From positions 246,715-310,714 of the forward strand of contig WELB01000022.1 in the NCBI GenBank assembly GCA_009602725.1: 64,000 bases of DNA, read 5' to 3'. A program made the position numbers and the translations under genes. The notes below the pieces were generated by a model that did not search any database, was not told the DNA's origin, and saw only the letters and a program-made list of their open reading frames with translations. This stretch comes from Spirogloea muscicola (taxonomy: Eukaryota). Shown here in pieces: positions 11,580 to 24,818 of this stretch. Each line of letters opens with the position of its first letter. The first letter of the stretch is position 1.

Positions 11580-12745
11580 CTGCTACCCGCGCCACAGTCT
11601 TGCAAGTCTACTGCAGCGCAGTGACTATTGAAGAGCACATTGAAGAGCACATTGCCCTGACGTGATTCTTTGAGATTCTTTACTGCAAGCTATCTGCTCA
11701 TTACATACTGCAAGGGACAAGATGTAGGAAGATATGGAGCTGTCCTGATTTGAGCTCAACGAGAAGCGCGCTCTTGTGTAGATGACAGGGTATAAGTGCT
11801 TTGTATTTACAATTGTAAAAGCATGGCCTGGTGATCATTCAGCAATCAAAGCTAGATGAGGTGTGTGGAAGACTTACCATAGGTATAGCTATCAAGCATC
11901 ATACCGGTACTCTGTCATAATCAATGTTGGCTCTTTCATCATCATAAAGCAGACTCACCGAGTCTAAATTATAAAACCGTCAAGACCTCCATGCCTGCCG
12001 TGTAGCTAGCATGTAACATGATCGAATGTTTGAACAGTATGCAGCACACACATGTTTCAGCATATTCAGCATATGACAAACTGCGAAAGGAAATGTTGAC
12101 TTAGATGGTCAGCGGCCATAGCGCAATTAGTATTGCTACTTAGAGATCTGGTACCGTGGATCTTGACATCCTCCAAATCGACAGTGGAGTCCAGCTATCT
12201 TCTATTGCAGCTAGAGCACGGCAAAAAAGAATTAAGCACGATGCTAGGCCGGCCTTTATTTCGAGCTTGTTAATGACGACCAATGTGATCGAGTCAATCT
12301 TGCGCAATGAGCAATGATGTGCTCTCAGCTCAATGAATGTTGTTGCTCTATATAAGTTGGTTGCTGGTGTTGCCTGACTGCAGCAATGGATTGAAGTTGG
12401 AGGCAGCGCGCGGTGATGGCAGAAGCTGTACCCCAGTGCAGCCGCAAATGAATGGGGGAACTTGGTTGTGACGCAGAAGCGGCCTCCAGCATGAGCTGGC
12501 AATATTGAGAATATATGAAGGTGGGAGAGTAGGTGAAATGAAGCGCAATGCACGGAAGCGGCTCGCCACTCAGCAGAGCATAGCTGCGCAAGAGGTGCTC
12601 CAGCGGCGCTGCCAGCAGGGCCACGGGCAACAGAGAAGGACCTCCACAGTGGCTGTGCTCGTCCCAATGGTGGGACGCAGAGAAGGCACTAGGAAGATGC
12701 GAGGCACTGGACATGGCATAGCCATGGCCCCGCGGACCCCCCTGG

Positions 12746-15284
12746 TCATAGGTGCAGCGAGGGGACGCATGACATATCAAGCAGCAAGTCTGTCGTGGAC
12801 GCCACCCGCTTGAGCCCCTGCGCAGGGCCAACGCGACCTGCGCGGCTGCCTCTGTGGCCATACGCCACACGTGCACCGACGGCCATGGCCACTGCCGCCA
12901 TGCTGCTGTTGGGCCGCTGCCCAGCTTTGCCAGGCACAGCGGCTGCGCCCAGACAGGCCTCCGCCCTGGACAGGGGCAGCCTCCTGCTGCCGCCGCCGTG
13001 CCTGTCGGCAGCATCTGGTGCAGCAAAGCGTTTTGAGACCTCAACTTGCTTGCTGGATGATGCACCAAGGCCCTTGCGACGGCTGAAGTAACCGAGGCCT
13101 GGTGGGACTGCTTTCAGGTGGGACACCTCGCCATGCAGGGGCACGGCTTGGTGGCTCCCGAGCCACAGCGGCACAGACGGCACTGCGAGGCGGCCGCCGA
13201 GTGCCTCCCTGCCCCCCTCGGATGTGCCGTCGAGGCCCTGGTCCAGCTGGCTCGTCAGCCCAGGCGACCACGCGCTCGGCCTGGACATGGAAGACCTCCC
13301 GCCGACGTGGGTGCCTGCGTGGCCTCTGCTGTGCCGTGCTCCATAGGCGTACTTGTAATCATAAGGAGCATGCTCTGCAGTCGAAGGCCACCCTTGGTAT
13401 GCCGTCACATCTGGCGGCCCAGCTTGCACATCGTCAATGGGGAACATCAGCTCCACGGGGTCGACATACTGCGCGTGCCCGCTTGGTAGGTCATACTCAT
13501 CCTCGTCGCTGCTGCTCCAACCATCATCACTATTGCGCCGCTCGATGACTGGGATACCAACACCACAATTTTAGAGCTGTTGTCAGAGGAACTTCAGCAT
13601 GTGCATATGAAGAAAGCCCACAATTTCACAACACGATAAGTTGCTACACTGAGCTGATCGCTGTCTGTAGCAAGCGTCGCATGCGGGCCAAGAACTCCTT
13701 GGCAAAGGAACGCTTTTATCAAGACGAGACCCATACTTTGGCATGGCACGGGAGCAGAGGTACTCAGTGCAGATAGAGCTCCCGTGTAGGTGGCTCACCA
13801 GAGCTGGGCGAGGCGAGGTTGAAGAAGCGCGAATCCATCCTCTCAGACTCGTCGCTGCTAAAGAGGGAAGATGGCAAGGAGGGCGACAAGGGATCGTTCA
13901 TGCGTAGCTGTCTGTCGTCATCGTCTTCTGGGCTCTGGTGCAACAGGCCAAGTAAGGATATGGTCCCATCCTGGCCACACAGCCGCAGCAAGCAGGCTCA
14001 TCAGCAAAAACCGCCAGCATCTCCTGCAGTACATGGCTTTCCATTGATTGCAACTTGCAGCGGTGACGCAATGCTCACTCCTAGCTTTCCGCAGCACACC
14101 ACACTCTCCACAGAGCAACTGGGTGCAGTTTGCCATACCAGCATGTCAGCCTTCTTGTCGTGCTGATTGTGACCCTTTGAAAGGGCGCAGAAGTTGTCGG
14201 CAGCGGCAGCCCTGCAGCTTTGACCACCTGTGCAGACGGCGAAGTCCACTGCAGGAGAGAGGAAGCTGCCGCTGGCAAGCGCCTTGAGATGGGAGTCGCT
14301 CTGCAACAGCTTGTCGAGGTGCCTTGGCAGGATGCCAGCCGCAACGCGGAGCACATGGCGTCTGCAACCAGGCAACCAGGCAACCAGGGGCCTCACAGAT
14401 CAGCAAATCTTATGCTTCCCATGTATTTGACTGGTCGACGTGATGATGACACAGGCCACCACAGTATAAGGCCACAGTGATCACGCTACGACAGTGATCG
14501 CTGTACTTAGCATCACCTCGTGTTGGTGGCCTGGCCATTGGTGAAGTCGTCGGCGGCGTGCCAGAGGGTGTGCTTGCGCGGCTGCGGGTTTGTCTCCAGG
14601 AAGAAGAGCGGGGGCTTCACGACCTGCACCATGGGCAGAGTGCGCAACCAGACCATATGGTTACAGACATTGTAGATAACTACAGCAACCATCAATCATT
14701 GCTGCAACATCTCCTACACAATGGTATCAGAAGCAGCACCGACGGTGAGCATTGAGGGCCCACCTCGATCTCAAGAGTAGACGGGAGGTCTGGCGGGCAG
14801 TCGGCCTTCAGCGCGCAGATATCGGTCCACTGGACCTCTAGCTTGCGCTTGAGGCCACCCTCCAGGACCTCCCACACCAGCTTCCGCTTGGCATAGTAGC
14901 ACTTGGCGACCAGGTCGCCCTCGTACTTCGATGCGCGCTGACAGCATCACAGATTTGTAGAGAGACGATCCGTCAGAATGGCCAGTAGCATAATCACCAG
15001 CACGGATTGCTAGCATACTTGGCAGCACTGGGTAATCTGCACGCTCCAAGCTAACGTGCATGCCTAACGCAAGATGGAGCAAAGCAGCAGCAGCCAAGGC
15101 AGCCGCTACTGGTTGCAGTTTGCAACATAGAGACGGTGAGTGACACCACCCAGCCCAGGAAAAGCGTAAGCAGATGACCAGCGCAGGGTCCGCAGAAGAC
15201 CTTGTAGCTGCCAATGTCCAAGCTGATGGCTGGGAAGTTGGACGCCTTGAGCTTGTCATGTGGCGGCGGCAGCGGCGGCTGCAT
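12746..15284 (-). CDS. ASG1/At2g24100-like protein (TRF2/HOY1 PH-like domain); 5' end in or beyond the gap
   Basis: KLKASNFPA..LDIGSYK|...EGDLVAKCYYAKRKLVWEVLEGGLKRKLEVQWTDI...|PPLFFLETNPQPRKHTLW...DFTNGQA; the low-complexity C-terminal exons are less certain. Confidence 0.8.
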
Positions 15285-15342
15285 GGGCAGCGGCGACAGG
15301 GGCGGGGGCGGCGGCGGCGGCGGCGGCGGCGGCGGGGGTGGC

Positions 15343-16326
15343 NNNNNNNNNNNNNNNNNNNNNNNNNNNNNNNNNNNNNNNNNNNNNNNNNNNNNNNNNN
15401 NNNNNNNNNNNNNNNNNNNNNNNNNNNNNNNNNNNNNNNNNNNNNNNNNNNNNNNNNNNNNNNNNNNNNNNNNNNNNNNNNNNNNNNNNNNNNNNNNNNN
15501 NNNNNNNNNNNNNNNNNNNNNNNNNNNNNNNNNNNNNNNNNNNNNNNNNNNNNNNNNNNNNNNNNNNNNNNNNNNNNNNNNNNNNNNNNNNNNNNNNNNN
15601 NNNNNNNNNNNNNNNNNNNNNNNNNNNNNNNNNNNNNNNNNNNNNNNNNNNNNNNNNNNNNNNNNNNNNNNNNNNNNNNNNNNNNNNNNNNNNNNNNNNN
15701 NNNNNNNNNNNNNNNNNNNNNNNNNNNNNNNNNNNNNNNNNNNNNNNNNNNNNNNNNNNNNNNNNNNNNNNNNNNNNNNNNNNNNNNNNNNNNNNNNNNN
15801 NNNNNNNNNNNNNNNNNNNNNNNNNNNNNNNNNNNNNNNNNNNNNNNNNNNNNNNNNNNNNNNNNNNNNNNNNNNNNNNNNNNNNNNNNNNNNNNNNNNN
15901 NNNNNNNNNNNNNNNNNNNNNNNNNNNNNNNNNNNNNNNNNNNNNNNNNNNNNNNNNNNNNNNNNNNNNNNNNNNNNNNNNNNNNNNNNNNNNNNNNNNN
16001 NNNNNNNNNNNNNNNNNNNNNNNNNNNNNNNNNNNNNNNNNNNNNNNNNNNNNNNNNNNNNNNNNNNNNNNNNNNNNNNNNNNNNNNNNNNNNNNNNNNN
16101 NNNNNNNNNNNNNNNNNNNNNNNNNNNNNNNNNNNNNNNNNNNNNNNNNNNNNNNNNNNNNNNNNNNNNNNNNNNNNNNNNNNNNNNNNNNNNNNNNNNN
16201 NNNNNNNNNNNNNNNNNNNNNNNNNNNNNNNNNNNNNNNNNNNNNNNNNNNNNNNNNNNNNNNNNNNNNNNNNNNNNNNNNNNNNNNNNNNNNNNNNNNN
16301 NNNNNNNNNNNNNNNNNNNNNNNNNN
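15343..16326. other. Assembly gap (N run)
   Basis: Ns next to a GGC microsatellite. Confidence 1.
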
Positions 16327-17164
16327 GAGGCGTCAGAGGACGGTGAGGTGGGGGGAGGGGGGGGCTGGAGGGTGGCACGGCGGGGGGAGGGTGGGCGCGC
16401 CGCCGAAGGGAGAGAGAGAGGCCGCCCTGCTAATGGCTACGAACTGCCGGGCGCGGCCCCGCGGCGAGGCGCCTCCCCCGACCTCCCTCCTGCGGTTGGG
16501 CCGGCGCGTTTCCGTGAGCTAACCCTCGATCGCCGAAATCCGCCGCCTTCCAGTAAGCGCCACCGTCTGGCGCTCGGCGCCGCGTGGCGGGACAGCCCGC
16601 CCTGCGGAGAGCCCGGCGCCGGGCGCGCGGGGCGTGGCTAGGCGGGCGCTGCCGGCGCCGTCGGATCCCGCCGCGGGCGCGGCGATGCCGTCGGTTTCCG
16701 GGGGCCCCTCCGAGCGGCGCCATCGCCGCCGCCGGATGTGGATAGGGTCATCGGACGGTGCACCGCGGCCCGCGGGCGGCGGGGGCCGGCCCCACTGGAC
16801 CTCAAGTTCCTCTGCGGGGAATGCGCACCCCGGCCCTACTGGGACCGACGGAGTTCGGCCGTCGCGCCCAGTGGGAGAAGCCTCAACGGGCGCCATCGAG
16901 GGCCGTCAGTCCGGCAGTTGGATGGCCCCCCCAAGGGCGCTTGTCCCGCAGAGGACGATGCCTAGAGTCGGCGCCGCGCTGCTCGGGGGCTGCTGACGTC
17001 CCCTTCCCACGTGGCGGTGCGTTGACGGGATCGGGGGACGGCGGGGGACGTGGCGGCCTCGCTCAGTGCGGAGTGCCCAGCTTCGTGGCAGCAGCCGTAT
17101 GTGCCACGCGCCCTCGCCCTCTGGTGAGGACAAGCTCCCCGCCAGGCCCCCCACTCTTTACAGA

Positions 17165-17500
17165 GACGCAAGCGCGGCCAGATTAGCTGGTGGCTGGGAG
17201 GAGGCCAGCCCAAAGGAATGGACAAGGTCTGAAGGAGCCGGACAAGAGGTCTACCAAGACAAACAAGAGCAGACTCTTCCAGTACACGGGCGATGGCTGT
17301 GGTTGGCCATAGCCCAGATGGAAGAGTGAACCAAACGTGGCCTTCCTGGACCTTCGAGCAGGTAAGCAGTTCGGAGCAGGGGCTTGGGTACACCGCACTG
17401 CCACACCCAACCATGAGCCTGAACGCCCTCAAGGCGAAGAAGCTCTTCCAAATAGGAAGGGCGCTGGCTGTGAAAGGCCAGCCCGAAAAGAATAAACCCT
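17165..17500 (-). mobile_element. Three stacked retroelement 3' UTR fragments
   Basis: GGCTGGGAGGAGGCCAGCCCAAAGGAATGGACAAGGTCTGAAGG (17192), GGCTGTGGTTGGCCATAGCCC (17295) and GGCTGTGAAAGGCCAGCCCGAAAAGAAT (17466) match the family UTR. Confidence 0.8.
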
Positions 17501-17830
17501 CAACGGCATCCTTGTTAGCAGGCGTGGCTGGAGCTATATGTCGAGGTAAAACGATTGACTTTCTGGGTCTGGCTCGAAGCACTGTCTGTTCAATAGGTCG
17601 CGAGTCATAATTATTCTCATACTACTTGCCCCTTTCTCGGCCTCAATCGCTCAATTGCGTATAGAATGCGCCCACATACGACTCTATGGGGCATGAATGA
17701 AGCCCTACAAAGTCCATTTTTTCTTCGACGCCTCTGGCAGTCTTGTACTGCCGGTTGGGTCGACTGGCAGTATTGGATGGTCCTCTGTCAGTGGGGGAGC
17801 TGTCGTGGTGACAAAGCGACTTTCAATGTA

Positions 17831-20800
17831 TCACTTTGGCAGCAGCATGAAGTCAGAAAATGATGGCGTGCCATTGTTTGGCGCCGGCATAAGGCCCAGT
17901 ATCCTGCACATTAGGCCATATACTTCAACATTTGAAAATGCCCCCACCTTCCTGCCACCGGCGAATCGTGGGCCTCTGCACAAATTCACAACGACAGACA
18001 GGATGGCTTGCAGCAATTAGTGTTAGACAAGACAACCCTTTACAATAGCCAGATGTCCTCAAAGCTTGAATGTAGCTCATGGTAAAGATGCAGATCTCAT
18101 GAACATCTGACAACTACAAGTGCAGGGTCTAGCCTTCCGACTTCCGTTACACTGCATATCTCGGGACTTGCAAGTCATGCACTTGCAAGTTATCAAGGGC
18201 AAATATTTGCAGAGACAGTCAATTGATGACGGGGCATCTGCTCAGATTAAACAGCTGTTACTCAGGCTCCATGTATACAGCCTCAAAGAGCAAGAGTCAG
18301 GGTGAAGGCCAGGAAGTAAGGACTACTTGAAATTCTTCAGTGGAGCTGCGAAGCTGCGGACAGTGAGTCACCTCGCAAAGAAGACGGCTCGCATGGAGAG
18401 GAGGGCATTATCATACCCATGCGAACCCCCACAAGCCATGGAATCGTGCCTGCTGTAGCGTATGGCATAGCCCTCCGACGCAATCGCAAGTATGGGCTGC
18501 GAAGTGTATCAATTTTGAAAGTGGTCTGTGAACAGATGCAGCTGTACTAGAAAGTCATCAAAATTAAGAGCAGGCCTTCCCCAAAAGAGCATTGCTATAA
18601 GGCTTGACCACTTCTGTGCCTGGAAATCTGCTTTTAGGCACCTGTATCCGATCACTTTCAGTGTAATTGAATCGCTCCGGCAAAGCATCCTTGAGGTAGA
18701 GAGAAACAGAGGCCGAATTCGCCACATCACCTGGCCAATAGGATGAGGCATCCAGGCACACAGCAGCAAGTAGTACCATGAGCAGTCACCCCTTGGACCT
18801 TAGGATCTTCTTGCCATACTTGCTGCACAGTGCTTAGTGATGACCTGCATATGCACGTCAAGGTACTCTCATGATCTTTAGGCTTGGGAGCCTGAGTAAG
18901 CAGTCAGACTACTAGCTTGTGGTCAAAATTCAGGACTTTGGTCTGAAGTTCACCTGAAGCAAGGGCATCTGACATGCCTTTGTACACGTCCATTGCCTCC
19001 ACCTCAAGCGGTGGCCGAAGTCCCAGTACTGACCCAGTCGTCTCGATCCATGCACGGGAGATATTCACCCACGGCTCCATGTCCTCCAGGTATACCTCCT
19101 TACCAGCACAATTGGCGAGCATCCCGTGGTCGCTGAGCAGAATAATGTTCACATCATCTAAAATGTCCCTGCAAATGGCATTATGAATGTCACTGACATG
19201 TCCAGAGAAGCCTCAGCGACCAGATTGGCATGGCACCTGCTACTGCGAGGAACATGTCAATTGCTCCACCAACAAGTAAGTACACTAACACATGATGTGA
19301 TGGAATTCAATTAGAACTCACACCACTTGCACGCTGGCAATTATTATTAGCAACTGCTATCGCCAAGACACATGCTTATGCAACAACCACAGAACACAAG
19401 CTTCACGATGACCTGACAAACGTACTGACCAAAAGAGTACTACAAATTAAGCACAGTGCTGATGAACCTGGAGGTGAGCCCGTCAAGAAGACGACCAATC
19501 ATATCGTCAACCCTCGACACGGCAGCACTGATAGCTCTGTCATCTGGGCCAAACTGGTGGCCACTATGATCGGGCTCCTCAAAGTAGAGCGTGATAAGGC
19601 TGGAGATCATTAGCACAGGCTGGCAGATCATTAGCGGAGCACAGCCATGAAGCGGCTTGACGATAACATGTAAGCACCAATACTTACACCTTTGCATCAG
19701 GGCCTGAACCTAGGGCAGTATATATGCATGAGATTGACTCTGACGACCAAGGTGCAACATGCAACAGCTAAAAGCCTGACAGTCCACATGAGGTTGACAG
19801 ACCATCTTGGGCCAAGCATTGCTAAGTAAGAAGACGCCCACTCCTAAGCACTTCAATCTGACAAATATATTTGACACAGACGCCGCACTCTTCAGCCTTT
19901 AGGTATGAGGTCACAGAAAGCCAACCCTAACTGCTGCTGGAACATGTAGAGTCAAAGTCTCCATGCTCTCATTCTCTCAAAATTGACAACATAAGGAGGC
20001 GCACACTTTACCTGGGCCGCTCGGCTTCAGGGAGGTCGACCCACTCTAGCACCTTGTCAACTCGCTGCACATGCAGGCGGCTGCCGCTTGGAGTCAAGAC
20101 TGCTCATTGCAGCAAAACTAGTGGCGCAAGGAGGCTGCCAAGTGTTGCCAAGAGCGAGGAATTAAGTGCAGGTGCTCAACATCCGGGCCTACACCTGCAT
20201 TAGCTTTCAAGTGATGCACTGCTTTCAACTGCGATATAAAAGTAACGACTCACAGGCAACTGAGACTGGGCCAGGCAGTAGTATATTGCTGCCACAAGTC
20301 TGCAGCGCAGGCAATGCAGATGCGCCAAGTCCAGCAGGAATAGGTTTGGAAGCAGGACCGTCAGGGCTGTCTTTGGAAGCTGGCTCACCTCCTCATACGG
20401 CACGGAGCCGTTGTAGTGGAGGCAGTATGACGGATCACATGCCCATGGGTCTTTGTGGACCTCGGACCCAGGCCAGAAGAAGGTTGCTGCCTTCAGGCCC
20501 TGCCATGCACAACTGCGGACGCGGTGGTCGGAGCTCAATACTGCCTCACTGCATTTAAGTCGGTGAGAGCGCCTCTGCTCGTTGTGTCTGGACATCCACA
20601 ACCTCAGCTTGGAGACCCTAACTCTACTGTGAGCATAGCAATGAAGCTCTCAACAAAGGGTACTTATGGCTTGAATCTATAATGTCAAGGGATTGAGCCT
20701 GAATTTGACACATGAGGCCAGAACAAGTGCTGGCTTGATAACAACCAACCCCCCAATGCTTAATTATAACCGCGTGCAATATGCTTGTTAAGCTGTGGGT

Positions 20801-21860
20801 GCCCTACTCCGACCCTCAGCTCTCTGGCTTGAAATCTGAGTCAACCTTGACTTGCTAGAAGCTAATACTTCTGGACTTCGGCTTCCGGTCTAGCTGGCTC
20901 GGCTTGGCGCACCTGCTTTAGGGCAGTCTGCCAGATGGGCTCGCCGAGCCACCACTTGGGATCGGTGGAGCGCATGGAGAAGCTCTCGAACGTGTGCGAG
21001 GCGTTGTGGAAGTGGTTGGCAATGATGCCGTGCCACGGCGGGAAGAGGCCGGTGGCAATGGAGTAGTGGTTGGGGAATGTCACTGACGGGAACACTGGCA
21101 GGAGGCCGTCGTCTGCCTCCACGCCCTCCTGCCGCAGCCTGCACTGAGGAGTAGCTGCACTTCAGAAGTAAGATATGGCTAGCCAGATATCTCACTTGGC
21201 GCAACATTGCAGCCAGGCAATTGTCGACTCCAATTGGCTGTCATCGTGCGCCCTCGCCCCAGTTCAGGAAGTGCTCAGGAAGTGCCCCAATCTCAGAAGC
21301 ACGGGCTCAGCGCAAGGAGGCGAGCGGAGCAGGCATGCAGTCGACTTGCCTAGGCACACCGTGTGCTCGAGACTTAGTGGTGAAGAGGCCTAGAGCCCCT
21401 TGCGATGAAGACCGCACCCTACATCCTAGATTGGAGCTGATACTGACAATTACTACTGATACCAACCCCAGATCCTAGAGTGGAGCCGAGACACAGCTTC
21501 ACAGTCATTTAGGGTCAGTACAGCAGCAATGACGGCTGTAATTAACTGCCACTAATGGGCACGAGGGAGAGCGACAAGTCAGAAGGTGGGAGGTGCTACG
21601 GGGCCGCCCAGGAAGGTGGTGACTGCAGGAACGGCCGGCCGGCGGGCGTGCGCCCACCTCTCGATGCTGGGCGTGGGGACCTTGCGGTCGTAGCCCCAGC
21701 GGAAGCCGTCGGAGGAGATGAGGATGACGAGCGGCGCCGCGCCGAGCCGGCTGTGGCGCCGCGGGGCGGCGCCGGCGGCGCTGCCGGGGCAGCCGGGCTG
21801 CGGCAGGATGCCGAGCGACAAGAGAATGTAGCCGACTGCCAGCGTTCCTGCCACCACCGA
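17831..21860 (-). CDS. Ectonucleotide pyrophosphatase/phosphodiesterase (alkaline phosphatase superfamily); start uncertain
   Basis: [30 protein letters not shown] (catalytic Thr), [54 protein letters not shown]-terminal TM segment. Confidence 0.93.
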
Positions 21861-22082
21861 GGCCAGCGGCGGCTCGTCAGGCGGCTCGCTTTAGCGGCGG
21901 CGGCAGCAGCGGCGGAGGCGGCGGCTGCGTCGGCGGCGGCGGCGGCGGAGGTCGTGGCGCGTCTGGCAGCGCGGTTGAGGGCAAGCACCTGCAATGGCCG
22001 CTGATAAGGAAGCAAGCGCCATCAAGACGCGGCGTCGGCGGCCAGCGAGCTGCCCCGCCAGTGCGGCGCCTGGCCCGGATCT

Positions 22083-22113
<31 letters not shown>

Positions 22114-22817
22114 NNNNNNNNNNNNNNNNNNNNNNNNNNNNNNNNNNNNNNNNNNNNNNNNNNNNNNNNNNNNNNNNNNNNNNNNNNNNNNNNNNNNNNN
22201 NNNNNNNNNNNNNNNNNNNNNNNNNNNNNNNNNNNNNNNNNNNNNNNNNNNNNNNNNNNNNNNNNNNNNNNNNNNNNNNNNNNNNNNNNNNNNNNNNNNN
22301 NNNNNNNNNNNNNNNNNNNNNNNNNNNNNNNNNNNNNNNNNNNNNNNNNNNNNNNNNNNNNNNNNNNNNNNNNNNNNNNNNNNNNNNNNNNNNNNNNNNN
22401 NNNNNNNNNNNNNNNNNNNNNNNNNNNNNNNNNNNNNNNNNNNNNNNNNNNNNNNNNNNNNNNNNNNNNNNNNNNNNNNNNNNNNNNNNNNNNNNNNNNN
22501 NNNNNNNNNNNNNNNNNNNNNNNNNNNNNNNNNNNNNNNNNNNNNNNNNNNNNNNNNNNNNNNNNNNNNNNNNNNNNNNNNNNNNNNNNNNNNNNNNNNN
22601 NNNNNNNNNNNNNNNNNNNNNNNNNNNNNNNNNNNNNNNNNNNNNNNNNNNNNNNNNNNNNNNNNNNNNNNNNNNNNNNNNNNNNNNNNNNNNNNNNNNN
22701 NNNNNNNNNNNNNNNNNNNNNNNNNNNNNNNNNNNNNNNNNNNNNNNNNNNNNNNNNNNNNNNNNNNNNNNNNNNNNNNNNNNNNNNNNNNNNNNNNNNN
22801 NNNNNNNNNNNNNNNNN
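22114..22817. other. Assembly gap (N run)
   Basis: Ns next to a GCC microsatellite. Confidence 1.
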
Positions 22818-22835
22818 CGGCGTGGCCTGTGCTGA

Positions 22836-24184
22836 GTGCACGGCACGGCGCGGCCGCAGCCGAGCCTCGGGTGGAGCAGGGCGGCGCTGCTGGAGGGCGC
22901 TCGGGCCGCGGCGCTGTCGCCGGCCATCCTGGGCGCCTTCCCCCGCCACGAGGCCGAGCTCGTCGAGGTGAGCGCCAGCCGCCGCCGCCGCCGCCGCCGC
23001 CCCACGAAGTCGCATCGTGGGCACCGGCCTGCGGCGGCTTCTCAGGCTTCTCTCGGCCGCCGTTTCCGCCACCGCTGCGGCGTTGGCAGTTAGCTGCCGG
23101 GCTTGCTTCGTGGCACTAAGGGGGCATTCTTGCCCTCCCCCTCTGACTCCCCACCCCCTCCCCTTCTCAAACCCCCCTGGTGCTGTGGCGGCAGTACTTC
23201 ATGGACAAGTGCTTGCGGCAGCTGGAGCAGGACTTCGGCGCTGGTGGGTCCAAGAGTGCGGAGCTCAGCCGCCTGGTGCTGCGCCAGCGCATCGCTACGG
23301 TCGCGCGTGCGCGCCTAGAGATGCAGCTGCCGTATGTGGCTACGTGGCCCAAGGCGCTCAGCATCCAGGTTCCGCGTGACAACAAGCGCTGCCTACCTTG
23401 ATTGTACCAGCCAGCCTCCGTCACTGTCAACTCCGCCAGGCGTATGTGGTGACAGCAACTTTATCAGCCTCCAGGTGGCCTGATGGCAGCATGCGCCGAG
23501 CTCGTCGCGGCGGCCGCTTCTCCGCAGGCAAAGCCGGCGAACCTGCCGACGAGCGTGAGCCAGCGCTGGCAGCTCCTGAGCGCCGTCTGGGGCCTCGTTG
23601 GTGACCAGACGGCGGAGGGAGAGTACTACGCGCGTCGGGCGCTGCTTGGTGGCGTCTACCATGCCACTGAGCTCTACATGCTCACCGACTTCTCCCCTGG
23701 TGCATGCCACCACCTATTGCCAGGATTGGGGCCATGCATTAGGTCAGAGGACTCAGGGTTCCACTGCTATGGCATCCGCCCTACGTACGCATTAGGTGAT
23801 GGTAAGTGCTGGGCTCTCCTCAGGGGGCTCATATTGACACTTTGCCGGTGGCATGCAGCATATAGGGACACATGGATGTTCCTAGATAGACAGATTGAGG
23901 GTGTGCTGGAGCTGCGCAAGGCTGCAGACGAGGTGTGCTGCTACCATCCTCCCTCTGGAGCCACCTTTACTGGACAATCACTGTGAGAAATTGGAAACTT
24001 GGTACAGGCAACAGACATAACAACAAAAGTGTAGGCGGGAGCCTCGAGTGCTGCTCATGAACTTTTCCGCTGGCTTGGAGCTCTTGCACCTGCAGGCAAG
24101 CCACCTGGTGGCGACGATTGGCGCAGGCCTTGGCAGCACGCTCAACGGCTTCATCCAAAGGGGCCAGTTCCCAGGCTCTCGATA
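22836..24184 (+). CDS. COQ9: Ubiquinone biosynthesis protein COQ9 (5' end in the gap)
   Basis: LGWSRAAL...GAFPRHEAELVE|YFMDKC...RLEMQLPYVATWPKALSIQ|...YYARRALLGGVYHATELYMLTDFSP|AYRDTWMFLDRQI. Confidence 0.9.
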
Positions 24185-24818
24185 GCAGCCGTATTTTGTG
24201 CGTGGGCAGTGCTGGCTCGTCATGCACTTGAGGCTCACGACTGGACGGTGCAGTAGCTTCTATGACCAGCCCAGCCATGTCAGAATAGGCCACTCAAAGG
24301 TTGAGCTTAGTGACCTTGTTGTCCGGCCAGACGTCCTGAGACGTCCTGAGAGCTCAAATGTCATAAGGACACAAGAGCAGACCTGCTCAGCAGTCAGGCA
24401 TGTCAGCAGGGTAAGAATGCTTAGATGCTACCCAGCAACCTAGCTACCTGGCAGCAAAAGCGCATGAGTCCTGGTATCTGCCAGCTCCCCCTCGAGACTG
24501 CTGGGACAGATGGTCTCTGGAATATTCAGTCGCATTGTAGAGTACTTGGTCGCGTGGCACACAAGAGCCCTGGTGGAGTTACTGAGTCTTCAGTGGATGT
24601 GCGTGCTTGGTGTTTACAATGACGCTCGTGCAATGCACAATGTGACATGGGCACTGATATCGACCTCAATATATCGTACAGCCTATCTTAACGCCACTCC
24701 TTCCAGTTCCTCGTCAATGAGTTGGGCCCTTCACGAAGGACCTTGTACATTATTCTACAGCAATCAACAAGGGTGTAATAGCTTTCCTCTCCCGAGATGT
24801 ATAGATATCACTGCAATA

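Noticed and set aside
11628..11655. 12-bp tandem duplication TTGAAGAGCACA in the APK 3' UTR
   Set aside because: Ordinary slippage-type micro-duplication.
3014..23119. Long ORFs spanning N runs (e.g. 3014..4360, 9136..9984, 14771..16378, 21891..23072)
   Set aside because: Artefacts of translating through Ns.
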